IMG/VR virus record: IMGVR_UViG_3300044667_000233
Span: 1 to 43,028 of that record
DNA length: 43,028 nucleotides
Source: a virus
Taxonomy: Duplodnaviria > Caudoviricetes
Reading direction: 5' to 3' (one strand)
Position 1 is the stretch's first letter; every line of letters begins with the position of its first letter. This document shows positions 25,343-34,960 of this stretch, piece by piece. The notes below the pieces were generated by a model that worked only from the letters and a program-made list of their open reading frames with translations, did no database searches and was not told where the DNA came from. The position numbers were made by a program, and so were the translations under genes.

Positions 25343-28027
25343 ATGGCCGCCCTTGCTCCCGTGTTCGTGGTCGCCGACATCACCAACAGTGGCACTTCCT
25401 CCAACACGATCAACGCCGTCAACAAGTTCGGCGTGACCTGGAAACTCGGCGCGCCCGAGGACATCTCCTACACGGCGACCGGGCCGGGCGTGACGCACCT
25501 CACCCCCGGCACACCGCCGCCCGGTACGCGCATCATCACCATTTCCCTGGATAACGGCGCGACCGCCCTGGCCCGCATGCTCTCCGGCGGCAGCCAGATT
25601 GACGACACCCTGCCGATGACCGCAAGCGAGCAGGGGGCCTCCATCGGGCAGGCGCTTGCGACCACCATGGTGGACCGCCAGACGGCGCAGCAGATCCCGC
25701 TCCAGGCTGTCTTCACCGGCATCCTGGGCCAGGTCGTGGCCAACTCAGGCGGCCTCGTCACCCCCGGCGACGTGCTGCCCACCTTCGCCGGCATCGGCGC
25801 GGTGCCCATCGGCGCGACCGCCAACCAGCAGGCCGCGCTGGCCTTCACCTTCGTGGTGGACGGCGCCATCGCCACGCTGCCGCTGGACATCGACATCAAC
25901 CGGGACAGCCTGCTGCGCATCGTCCAGACGGTGGTACAGAATCTGGGCGCCATCGTGGATCCCCAGCAGGCGCAGTTCGTGATCGACAGCGGGGACTACG
26001 GCGTCGCCGGCGCCGCGCCGCGCACCGTCACGCTGGGCCACAAGGGCCAGGGCGTGACGCTGACCTTCAGCGCCCCCACCGACGGCTCCGCACCCAGCCA
26101 ACCGGTTCTCCGCGGCTCGATCATGCAGCCCCAGACGCTGCAGATGTGCTACGCCGCCGCGTTCAAGGGCGGCGACACGCACCACGGCCTGCCCGACACC
26201 GGCAAGATCACCGATATCGTCACCATCAACCACGCCATCAACGATGCAACCGGGGATTGGCGGGCCGGCCTGCCCATCCTGGCGGTCTACGGCGACGCCT
26301 ATCACGGCGGCGTCTACTACGACCCCGGCGACGATACGCTGCATCCCTGGAGCCAGGCCATGGGCGTCACCTGCCTGGCCTACTCGGAAGCCAACGAGAC
26401 GCTCTACGCCGCCACCGACGCGGGTGTCTACACGCACAGCGCGGACCTGCTGGACACCTCGCCCTGGCAGCGCCTCGGTGGCCTGGTCTACCGTGTGCTC
26501 AAGGTGGTGGCCATCCCCGACGTGTATTGCCTGGTTGAAGAGCCCAAAACCACCACCCGGCATGTGCTCAAGTTCAACCCGGCGGCCCAGGCGGGCTACG
26601 GCTGGGACGACTGGCAGGCCATCCTCTCCGGCGACGGCATCTTCGACGTCGCCGCGTCCGTGGGCTATGCGGGCGACCCGACGGCGGGCCTGCAGACGGT
26701 GCTCTATACGCTCTCGACGGCCTACCCCGGCAAGGTGGGCTTCCATAACGTCACGACGCCGGCGAACGTGGATCCGCAGCTTGCCATCCCGACGATCGTC
26801 GTGGACGGCCAGACCGTCCAGCCGGTGGGCATCGGCCTGGACGGGCTCGACCCGCTCACGCCCTTCAGCCTCACCACCCCGCTGGTGAGCGCCGGCGTAT
26901 TCGTGCGTACCGATAGCGGCAGCGCCGCGCTGTTCTTCATCGATACGTCGCACAACGTGCTGAACACCATGGCCAACGTGGGGGCGAACCTGGCCGACGC
27001 CTTCGGCAATCCGGTGATGGTCAACTGCGTGCGCCGCCATCATCCGGGGCTGCTCAAGTGGGGCTATGCCGGCGGTCCGGCCTCCAATCCGTCCCAGGTC
27101 TGGACGGCGCCGGTGGCCGTGCTGGCGGGGACCAGCGCCGGCGTGTTCACCTGCGCCACGGCGGGCGTGCCCTGGAACTGGCAGTACACGGGCGGGCAGA
27201 ACAATCTGGGCGACGTGAACGTGCTCAAGGTGGCCTCGGCGCCGCCCCGGCTCTGGCTCTTCTCGCAGTGGCGCTCGCCGGTCTACGGCATCGCCGACCG
27301 GTCCTACTACAAGAGCTACAACGGCACGATCAACTGGGATGACGCGCTCTCCCAGCCGCTGGACGCGGGGCCGGCCTTCTTCGACTGGTACCGGGGCAAT
27401 GCGGCCAACTACCCGGGCCGCACGGGCCTGGCATCCGGCAAGTACCCCGACAACACCACGGCGGTGGTCCAGTATCCCGACCCGAACACGGGACCGTACC
27501 TCGTGCAGCGCAGCTTGAGCGGTCTGGGCGGCTTCGCCTACCGCATGGTGGCACCCAGCTCGGCGGCGCCGGCGGGCCAGCAGCGCAACGCCGAGATCAC
27601 CCAAATCTCCACGCCCGCCCTGGTGCCCGCGGTCGAGGCCAGCTACCTCCTGCTCGACGCCATGGCCCGTTTCCTCTGGTATACGAGCAGGGCGCAGGAG
27701 ATCCTGCAGATCGAATCCTATGCCACCGACACCACCGATCCCCTCCTCAGCCTGCGCCCGACGCAGCTCGTGCAGGTGAACGGCACGCTGGAGATGTTCC
27801 TGGCCGATGGGACGGAGATCGTCTTCAAGACCTACAGCAATGCCCAGTATTACGTCCTGGAGCACACCATCAGCTTTGACGCGGAGCAGGATCCGCACAC
27901 CATCCGCACCTCGACCAAGCTCGGCAAGCTGCTGCTGGATGACCGCAGCGATCCGCTCAAGGTGTCTGCGGACCGGTGGTATGCGGTGAGTCGGCAGCAG
28001 CTCTATCGCAGCCGGTCGAGGCACTAG
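25343..28027 (+). CDS. tail tip/hub protein with probable beta-propeller region
   Basis: After TMP; TLYAATDAGVY and VLAGTSAGVF blade-like repeats; LRPTQLVQV...YYVLEHTISF C-terminus. Confidence 0.7.
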   Translation: MAALAPVFVVADITNSGTSSNTINAVNKFGVTWKLGAPEDISYTATGPGVTHLTPGTPPPGTRIITISLDNGATALARMLSGGSQIDDTLPMTASEQGASIGQALATTMVDRQTAQQIPLQAVFTGILGQVVANSGGLVTPGDVLPTFAGIGAVPIGATANQQAALAFTFVVDGAIATLPLDIDINRDSLLRIVQTVVQNLGAIVDPQQAQFVIDSGDYGVAGAAPRTVTLGHKGQGVTLTFSAPTDGSAPSQPVLRGSIMQPQTLQMCYAAAFKGGDTHHGLPDTGKITDIVTINHAINDATGDWRAGLPILAVYGDAYHGGVYYDPGDDTLHPWSQAMGVTCLAYSEANETLYAATDAGVYTHSADLLDTSPWQRLGGLVYRVLKVVAIPDVYCLVEEPKTTTRHVLKFNPAAQAGYGWDDWQAILSGDGIFDVAASVGYAGDPTAGLQTVLYTLSTAYPGKVGFHNVTTPANVDPQLAIPTIVVDGQTVQPVGIGLDGLDPLTPFSLTTPLVSAGVFVRTDSGSAALFFIDTSHNVLNTMANVGANLADAFGNPVMVNCVRRHHPGLLKWGYAGGPASNPSQVWTAPVAVLAGTSAGVFTCATAGVPWNWQYTGGQNNLGDVNVLKVASAPPRLWLFSQWRSPVYGIADRSYYKSYNGTINWDDALSQPLDAGPAFFDWYRGNAANYPGRTGLASGKYPDNTTAVVQYPDPNTGPYLVQRSLSGLGGFAYRMVAPSSAAPAGQQRNAEITQISTPALVPAVEASYLLLDAMARFLWYTSRAQEILQIESYATDTTDPLLSLRPTQLVQVNGTLEMFLADGTEIVFKTYSNAQYYVLEHTISFDAEQDPHTIRTSTKLGKLLLDDRSDPLKVSADRWYAVSRQQLYRSRSRH

Positions 28028-28030
28028 GCC

Positions 28031-29347
28031 ATGCCGCAAGCGTATTGTGCGGTGCGCGCGGTGCCGCTGCCCTTCGTGCTGCGGGGCGGGGGATCGACCA
28101 GCAGCAGCGTGCAGCTCGCGGCGCCGGTGACCCTGACCTGGCAGTCGGGGAGCGCGGACACCTGGACGCCGGGTCCAGCCTTCGTGGTGGCCCCTGCCGC
28201 CTCCTATGGCCTGGGCAGTCCTGGCGTCGACACCACCGCCGCCAACTGGCTGATCGTCGCCGTGGCCGGCAGCGCCGCCCCTGTGCTGGCCAAGGAACAG
28301 GATTTTCCCGCCCTCGACACGGTGCTGGGGGGGACGAGCCCGCATTGGGCGGCGCTCTACCTGGTGTGTGGCACCCAGATCGTGCCCCTCGCCCAGCGCA
28401 TGAACGTGGGCGGCCTGCCCACGCCGCTGCTGGACAGCGCGGTGCTCGCAGTCGATCCCGCCACGCATCAGGCCACCTGGCTGCTGCCCAACCCCGGCGA
28501 CCTGCTCATCGGCTCCATTTCGCCACTCACGCGCCTGCCCGTCTGGGAGCGACTGCCCGTGCCGGCGAGCGGGAGCGGCCAGGTGCTGACCTATGATGGC
28601 CTGGGGGTGGTGGACTGGGAACCCCTGGGGGGCCAGGCCGGCGGCGCCAAGGGCGACATCCTGCGCTTCAACGGCGCCACCTGGGAGCGGTACGCCATCA
28701 CGAGCGGCCCGCAGAACAGCGTGTTGCTCAACGACCGGTCGGGTTCCGGCCTGCCCATCTGGTCCTCCTTCACGCTCCCGGCCAACCCGGTGATCAGTAC
28801 CCAGGCCGGTCCCGTGGTCACCGCGGCGGTGGGCAACAACAACACGGGCACCGTCTTCGCCTGGGTGAGCGTGCAGAACGGCGCCTTCACCAGCCTGGGC
28901 GGCGCCAAATCCTACGTGCTCAATCTCTGGAGCGGCGGGACCAACGCCGCGCCCCCGCCCGCCTGGTATCTCTACCAGGCCGATGAGAGCGCGTGGACCA
29001 CGCCGCCGGCGCAGGCGGACGCGCCCGGCGCGGGGCCGGCGGGCTTCTGGACCAGCGTTTCGCCCGCTGCCGCCGGCCAGCAAATCCTCCTCCGGCAGCA
29101 TTTCCCGCTGCCGCCCGGTACCATCACGAGCGCCACCTTCTCGCTCTCCGCCGTGGGCTGCATCGGCCTCGCCGGCTTTCTCAATGGCTGGGCGATCAGC
29201 CCGGGCACCTTCCGCTCGGGCGCCACGCTGCCACTGGGCACCGGCGTCCTGGTACCCGGCCAGGACAACGTGGTGGCGATCCAGGCGCAGGCCGCAAGCG
29301 GCGCGACCGGCTACATCTCCTGCATTCTCACCCTCCAGTATCAGTAG
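28031..29347 (+). CDS. minor tail protein with C-terminal sugar-binding-like jelly roll
   Basis: KGDILRFNGATW fibre motif; LLRQHFPLP...FLNG...LVPGQDNVVAIQ. Confidence 0.65.
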   Translation: MPQAYCAVRAVPLPFVLRGGGSTSSSVQLAAPVTLTWQSGSADTWTPGPAFVVAPAASYGLGSPGVDTTAANWLIVAVAGSAAPVLAKEQDFPALDTVLGGTSPHWAALYLVCGTQIVPLAQRMNVGGLPTPLLDSAVLAVDPATHQATWLLPNPGDLLIGSISPLTRLPVWERLPVPASGSGQVLTYDGLGVVDWEPLGGQAGGAKGDILRFNGATWERYAITSGPQNSVLLNDRSGSGLPIWSSFTLPANPVISTQAGPVVTAAVGNNNTGTVFAWVSVQNGAFTSLGGAKSYVLNLWSGGTNAAPPPAWYLYQADESAWTTPPAQADAPGAGPAGFWTSVSPAAAGQQILLRQHFPLPPGTITSATFSLSAVGCIGLAGFLNGWAISPGTFRSGATLPLGTGVLVPGQDNVVAIQAQAASGATGYISCILTLQYQ

Positions 29348-29356
29348 GAGACGCGG

Positions 29357-31267
29357 ATGAGTACCCGTACCCTCACGCTCACCAACACGCTGCATAACGT
29401 GGACAACAGCGCTGCCGTGGGCGTCGCCGTCGGCGTCTACCTGCTGGTGCCGGCAGGCGTGCCGGCGGTCAACCTGGAGAGTGACGTGCTCTTCAGCGGG
29501 AGCCAGTTCGGCGAGAGCACCACCACCAACGCCAGCGGCGTCTGGTCCGCCACGGTGGTGTATCCGGGCGACCTCGTGCCCACGGGGTGCCAGCTCGTGG
29601 TCGTCGAGGGCACCAACATCACCGTCTCGCCCATCGGGTTCTCCTACGCCAGTTCCATCACGGTCTCCTCCTGGTACCCGTCCGGCTCGACCACCGGCAC
29701 GCTGCCGATGCTGCTGGATGTCCACACCGTGGCCAACGCGGCGGACCAGGGCATCGTGATCCGCTTCGGCATCACGGCCACGGCGGTGGATCCGAACAGC
29801 AATGCCATCAACGCCGGCGCCACGGTGCCGATCACCACCGATAGCACCGGCAAGGTCACGCTCAACCTGTTCCCCTCTAGCCAGCTCAATCCGGCCAACA
29901 CCGCCTATTTCGTGGCCTTCCCCGACGGGAGCATCTGGTATTTCACCTGCCCGGTGCATCCCACCGGCTATCAGGGCGCCTATAACGGCGGCACGGCTTA
30001 CCACGTCAACGCCGGCACCCTGGCGAGTCCCTCGGATGTGGTGAGCAGCGGCGGCGTCTACTACCAGGCCATCGCGGATACCACCGGCCACGCCCCACCC
30101 AATGCCACGTATTGGCAGGTGTGGCCGGGTGAGCCCATCCCCTGGGACCTCACGACGGTCAGCGTGCCCGGCGCCGTGGCGATCACCGCCGCGGGTGTCA
30201 GCCACAGCAGCGACGTGCCGGTCGCCGCGGGCGACCCCGAGCAGACGCCGCTCACGCTCTCGGACGACCTGGAGAATCTGGTCTACCGCGATACGCAGCG
30301 GCTGCGCTGGCTGGGCGTCTACAACAACGCCGTGGCCTACGTTCCCAACGATGTCATCAGCTCGGGCGGCGTCGCCTACATCTGCATCGCCACGACCACC
30401 GGGCACGCCCCGCCCAACGTCACCTACTGGGTGGCGATTGGCGCCGCGGGCGGCGCTGGCAGCGCCACCTTCACCTGGGTCGCCAAGACCGCCGACTACA
30501 CCGTGGCCGCGACCGACAGCGGCATCGCCGTGGACGCCTCCAGCGGCAATGTGACGATTACCCTGCTCACGGCGGTCGGCACCAGTAGCCAGTTCGCCTT
30601 CAAGCGACTGGACGCCTCCACGCACACGGTCACCATCGCCACCACAGGCGGCCAGACCATTGACGGGTCGGCCACGTACACCCTGCCGGTGAGCGACCAG
30701 GTGGTGATCGTCGGCTCGACCAACACGGGCTGGCTGATCGCCGGCGGCTTCTATCCCAGCCCGCTCACCTCCGAAGGGGACATCCCCTACCTGCACAACG
30801 GCGTCGTGGCGCGCCTGGTGCTCGGCGCGGGCCTGGCTATCAGCGGCGGCGTGCTGAACACCGCCGTGGCCGGCAGCCAGGCCCCGGCCACCGTCTACGC
30901 GGGTCCCACCACGGGCGCGCCCGCCACGCCCGCTTTCCGCACCCTCGTGCCCACCGACCTGCCGATTGCCTCCGCCAGCCAGCGCGGCGCCGCCAGGGCG
31001 GACGGCACCACGATCACCGCCGCCGCGGACGGCACCTTCTCCGCCGTGTCTAGCGGCTCAACCCTGGCGTCGCTGGGCGATGCGGCCATCAGCGGCCCGC
31101 ATGACGGCGACCTGCTGGTCTACCGGACCAGTGATAGCAAGTGGCATAACGTCGATCCCACGGCGCCGGGCGGCGGCGCCGTCTACTGGGCGCCGCTGAC
31201 GGATAGCGCCGGGAATCTGATTGTTGACGCGAACGGCTCATGCCTCATGATGCCGGCAGCGGTCTAA
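29357..31267 (+). CDS. tail fibre/receptor-binding protein with two CBM5/12-like modules
   Basis: Repeat DV(V/I)SSGGVxYxxI..TTGHAPPNxTYW x2; KTADYTV...VDASSGNVTITL fibre domain. Confidence 0.75.
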   Translation: MSTRTLTLTNTLHNVDNSAAVGVAVGVYLLVPAGVPAVNLESDVLFSGSQFGESTTTNASGVWSATVVYPGDLVPTGCQLVVVEGTNITVSPIGFSYASSITVSSWYPSGSTTGTLPMLLDVHTVANAADQGIVIRFGITATAVDPNSNAINAGATVPITTDSTGKVTLNLFPSSQLNPANTAYFVAFPDGSIWYFTCPVHPTGYQGAYNGGTAYHVNAGTLASPSDVVSSGGVYYQAIADTTGHAPPNATYWQVWPGEPIPWDLTTVSVPGAVAITAAGVSHSSDVPVAAGDPEQTPLTLSDDLENLVYRDTQRLRWLGVYNNAVAYVPNDVISSGGVAYICIATTTGHAPPNVTYWVAIGAAGGAGSATFTWVAKTADYTVAATDSGIAVDASSGNVTITLLTAVGTSSQFAFKRLDASTHTVTIATTGGQTIDGSATYTLPVSDQVVIVGSTNTGWLIAGGFYPSPLTSEGDIPYLHNGVVARLVLGAGLAISGGVLNTAVAGSQAPATVYAGPTTGAPATPAFRTLVPTDLPIASASQRGAARADGTTITAAADGTFSAVSSGSTLASLGDAAISGPHDGDLLVYRTSDSKWHNVDPTAPGGGAVYWAPLTDSAGNLIVDANGSCLMMPAAV

Positions 31268-31277
31268 GGAGGCACCG

Positions 31278-32387
31278 ATGGCAACAACCCTGGCAGGCGC
31301 GTTCGCGCAGGGCGTGGACGCGTCCAAACCGTCCGCGTCGTCGAGCCTGGAAGGCTACTTCTACTTTTCCACGGACATCAATGGCGGCACGCTCTACCAG
31401 TGCAAGGCCAGCGCCTGGGTGCAGATCACCACGGGGGTGAGCGCGCTCAAGCCAAACGGCCTGACCGGTGCCACCGCTGCAAGCCGCTTCGCCGGCGGCA
31501 CCACCTCCGGCGCGCCCGCCAGCGGCACCTTCGCGGTGGGCGATTTCGTGGTGGACCAATCCGGCGCGCTCTGGGTCTGTACGGTGGCCGGCACCCCCGG
31601 CACCTGGGTCTCAGCCGCGGGCAGCGGCGTGACCTCCATCACGGGGACGGCCAACGAGATCACGGCCTCGGCGTCCACCGGCGCGGTCACCCTCTCGACC
31701 CCCCAGGCGATTGCCACCACCAGCAGCGTGACCTTCAAGTCCGCGGCCATGGGCGGGCTGACCGGCGCGACGGCGGCATCCCGCTTCGCGGGCGGCACCA
31801 GCAGCGGCGCCCCGGCCTCCGGCACCTTTGCCGTGGGCGATTTCATCATCGACCAGACCGGCAAGGTCTTTATCTGCACGATTGCGGGCACGCCCGGCAC
31901 CTGGGTGCAGGTCGGTGCCGCGACCAGCCTGTACAGCGCCTACGCCAGGATCGAGGATCAGAAGAGTAGCGGCACGAGTGGCGGCGGCCTCACCGCCTCG
32001 ACCTGGAACCAGCGCACCTTGAACACCATCGCCAGCGACGCAAGCAGCATCGTCTCGTCCCTCACCTCCAACCAATTCACGCTGGCGGCGGGCACCTACA
32101 CCATTGCCGCGCGCGCGCCGGCCTACCAGGTGAACCGGCACCGCATCCGCCTCCGCAACGTCACCGATAGCACCACTACACAGGAGGGCATCAACGCCTA
32201 CGGCAGCGCGACGGCAGTACTCATCGCCGAGCTGCGCGCGCAGTTCACGATCAGTGGCTCCAAGACCTTCGAGATCGACCACAACTGCGAGACGACCAAC
32301 AGCAGCAACGGCGCCGGCGTGGATAATGGCTCGGTCTTCACGGTGGACCATGAGCGCTATACGGTGGTCGAGATCTGGAAGCAGTAG
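31278..32387 (+). CDS. tail fibre protein with internal ~50-aa duplication
   Basis: GLTGATAASRFAGGTxSGAPASGTFAVGDFxxDQxGxxxxCTxAGTPGTWV x2; AAGGAGG RBS. Confidence 0.75.
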   Translation: MATTLAGAFAQGVDASKPSASSSLEGYFYFSTDINGGTLYQCKASAWVQITTGVSALKPNGLTGATAASRFAGGTTSGAPASGTFAVGDFVVDQSGALWVCTVAGTPGTWVSAAGSGVTSITGTANEITASASTGAVTLSTPQAIATTSSVTFKSAAMGGLTGATAASRFAGGTSSGAPASGTFAVGDFIIDQTGKVFICTIAGTPGTWVQVGAATSLYSAYARIEDQKSSGTSGGGLTASTWNQRTLNTIASDASSIVSSLTSNQFTLAAGTYTIAARAPAYQVNRHRIRLRNVTDSTTTQEGINAYGSATAVLIAELRAQFTISGSKTFEIDHNCETTNSSNGAGVDNGSVFTVDHERYTVVEIWKQ

Positions 32388-32390
32388 GCG

Positions 32391-33743
32391 ATGGCCACCC
32401 AGGCGGATGCCTTCCTCCTCACCACGCAGATTGCCGCCAGCAGCGGCATCACGCGCAGCGTGAACCGCCCCGTCAAATACAGCGGCAATCCGGTCTTCAA
32501 CAATCCGCATGGCACCTGGGACTACCTGGCCGACTACCCCCAGGTCTTCACGGACCCGACCTGGGACGCGGCCAGCCGCTACCGGATGCTCTATCAGGGC
32601 TTTCCCTCCGATGCCTCCCAGCTCTATCAGTGCTACGCGCAGAGCGCCGATGGCCTCAGTTGGACCAGGCCGATCGTGGGACGCTACACCTACGGCGGCG
32701 TGACCACCAACAACATCGTGATCCCGAACACGCCCACCGGCCAGGGGTCCTGGTATGACGGCACCGCGTCCGCCGGGCGCAAGTGGCTGGTGGTCACGGA
32801 CAACAACGGCGCGCCCTTCCAGGACGCGATCTATGCCGCCGACGACGTGACCGGCCCGTATACGCTCCTGAGCACCGTGATCAGCGGCAGCACCCCAAGC
32901 ATCGACGCGCAGGCCGTCCTCCAGCGCGCCGACGGCCTCTGGATCGTCTATGCCCAGGACGGCGTGAACGCCAACAACCGCACCATCCGGGCCTACCTCT
33001 CCACGAGCAGCGACCTGGCGACCGCGAGCTGGATCGACCAGGGCATCATCATCACCAACGGCGGCGTGAACGACCAGCGCTACTCGATCAAGGCGGTGCG
33101 GGCTACCGGGCTGATCTATGCCTTCGTGACGCGCTTTAACGCCAGCATGCAGCAGATCGACACCATCGCCCTCTACGTCAGTCCCGAGGCCAGTGGCCTC
33201 GCCTTCACCCTGGCGGATGCAACCTGGCTCTCGGTGGGTGCGCCCAGCGCCTGGGACTACCCGGAGCTGGTGGGCGGGGCGCCCGTGCGGGTGGGCGACG
33301 AGTGGTGGCACTATTATGCCGGCCTGCAGTATTTCCACAATGCCGTGACGCCGCCCTTCGGCGGGCAGGTGGGCCTGGCGAAGATCGGCTATGGGCGCAT
33401 CGGGCAGATCGCCGGCGCGGGCGGCACGCTGACGAGCACCGCCTTGAGCCCGGCCGTGCCCCACCTGCTGCTCAACGCCGATGCCTCGGCGCCCGGCGCG
33501 CGGGTGGACGTGGCGCTCTTGGACGCCGGCACGGGCCTCCCGATCACCGGCTACACCGTCGCGGATAGCGATGGCATCATGCGCAACACCGTGGCCGGCG
33601 AGCTGACCTGGAGCAGCGGCACGCGGCATCTGCCGACCAACGGCGCACTGCAACTCCAGTTTTTCCTGACCGGCGCCGCGGTGCTCTACGGCTACACGGT
33701 GAGCGCGCCGCCGGTGGCCCCGGCGCGCTGGATCTTTGCCTGA
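32391..33743 (+). CDS. beta-propeller glycoside hydrolase-like protein (GH32/43/130-like), probably virion associated
   Basis: KYSGNPVF, YRMLYQG, CYAQSADGLSWTRP, AWD...PVRVGDEWWHYYAG, GQVGLA; beta-sandwich C-terminus LLLNADA. Confidence 0.7.
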   Translation: MATQADAFLLTTQIAASSGITRSVNRPVKYSGNPVFNNPHGTWDYLADYPQVFTDPTWDAASRYRMLYQGFPSDASQLYQCYAQSADGLSWTRPIVGRYTYGGVTTNNIVIPNTPTGQGSWYDGTASAGRKWLVVTDNNGAPFQDAIYAADDVTGPYTLLSTVISGSTPSIDAQAVLQRADGLWIVYAQDGVNANNRTIRAYLSTSSDLATASWIDQGIIITNGGVNDQRYSIKAVRATGLIYAFVTRFNASMQQIDTIALYVSPEASGLAFTLADATWLSVGAPSAWDYPELVGGAPVRVGDEWWHYYAGLQYFHNAVTPPFGGQVGLAKIGYGRIGQIAGAGGTLTSTALSPAVPHLLLNADASAPGARVDVALLDAGTGLPITGYTVADSDGIMRNTVAGELTWSSGTRHLPTNGALQLQFFLTGAAVLYGYTVSAPPVAPARWIFA

Positions 33744-34798
33744 GGCCAGGCCAGCGTCTTGAGCCGGAGCGCGGGCGCCTCCACGTAGCGCCAGGAGAGC
33801 GCGGCCACGCCGAGCGTGCAGGCCATCGTGAGCAGCGTATAGGGCAGAAAGCCGGAGCGGTGCATGGCGAGGACGGCCAGGAGCTGGCCGACCGGCATGC
33901 CATAGAGATACGTGCCGTAGGAGAGGTCGGCGCGGGCGTTGACCCGCCGCGTCCAGGTGGGCAGACGATAGGCCAGCCAGTAGACCAGATAGCACAGGGC
34001 GACGGGGAGGAGGCCGTAGCCGCCCGGAGCCGTGAGCGCCGGGAGGATGGCCAGTCCTGCGAGGGCGGCCAGGCGCGCGTCGAGCACGATGCGCTCCCGG
34101 AGCACATAGAGGCAAGTGCCAAAGGCAAAGCAGGTCAGGGCGTCATAGGTGCCGCAGAGCGGGTCGGCGGGCGAGAGCACGTGCCGCGCCACCATCGCCC
34201 CATACATGAGGCCCGCACACACCACCATCGGCCACCGCCGCAGGAGGCCGAACGCGCCGCCCACGCCCAGCGCCAGATAGCACTTGCACTCCCACGGAAT
34301 GGACCACCACGGGCCGACGAGATCGTAGGGATGCGGGACTGAGGCGAGCAGCGGCGCAATGTCGAACGCCTGCACGCCAAAGAGATTGGCCCGCACGAAC
34401 GCGCCGGGCTGCAGCGCGAGGTAGCCGCGCCAGGTGCCGTACTCGGCCCAGGCGATGGCCGGGCCGAAGGCGAAGGCCAGGACGACGCACGCCGTCCAGT
34501 AGCCAGGCACGATCCGCACGATGCGGTGCCAGGCGTAGCGCCAGATGGAGGGACTGGTGGCGATGGAGTTGGCGACCAGCAAGCCGCTCAGGGTGAAGAA
34601 GACGCCAACGGCGAGACTGCCCAGCGTGGCATAGGTGCTGTGCGCGGCGATGGGATCGACGCCCCAGCCGCCGAGGCCGTAGCTGTGCGAGACGATCACC
34701 GCCAACGCGGCGGCTAGGCGCAGGAAGCCGGTGCTGTTGGCGCGAAAGGGGGGCGTCTCCTGTTGGGGCCGTCGCCCCGGTGTGGCTATACTGTCCAT
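33692..34798 (-). CDS. membrane O-acyltransferase (Acyl_transf_3/OafA family); lysogenic-conversion gene
   Basis: FLRLAAALAVIVSH, AVGVFFTLSGLLV, RIVRIVP, WSIPWE, DLSYGTYLYG, ALSWRYVEAP. Confidence 0.9.
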   Translation of the reverse strand: MDSIATPGRRPQQETPPFRANSTGFLRLAAALAVIVSHSYGLGGWGVDPIAAHSTYATLGSLAVGVFFTLSGLLVANSIATSPSIWRYAWHRIVRIVPGYWTACVVLAFAFGPAIAWAEYGTWRGYLALQPGAFVRANLFGVQAFDIAPLLASVPHPYDLVGPWWSIPWECKCYLALGVGGAFGLLRRWPMVVCAGLMYGAMVARHVLSPADPLCGTYDALTCFAFGTCLYVLRERIVLDARLAALAGLAILPALTAPGGYGLLPVALCYLVYWLAYRLPTWTRRVNARADLSYGTYLYGMPVGQLLAVLAMHRSGFLPYTLLTMACTLGVAALSWRYVEAPALRLKTLAWPQAKIQRAGATGGALTV

Positions 34799-34881
34799 GT
34801 CGATGGTCCTCTGCACTATCGGCCGCGCTCCCGCTGGTTCCAGCCAGGCGGGAGCATCATGTTTCCTCTTGCAGTATAGCA
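34799..34881 (-). promoter_or_regulatory. extended -10 promoter plus structured leader (copy 3)
   Basis: TGCTATACT...GCTCCCG-C-CTGG-CTGGAA-CCAG-CGGGAGC-GCGGC-CGAT[..GAGGA..]ATCG-AC-ATG. Confidence 0.6.
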
Positions 34882-34960
34882 GCACGAGTCAAGCATCCCC
34901 CATTTAGCTGCTGCTTGCGTAGGTGCGGAACGGCGGAAGCACCGGGCAGGCTCTACCATA

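Noticed and set aside
25745-30796. 1683-aa minus-strand ORF, and other long antisense ORFs (22760-25084, 31611-34115, 11424-12662, 9774-10946)
   Set aside because: Shadow frames of GC3-biased plus-strand genes; no recognisable motifs.
29357-33743. Diversity-generating retroelement acting on tail fibres
   Set aside because: No reverse transcriptase; the duplications are in-frame and differences are not adenine-specific.
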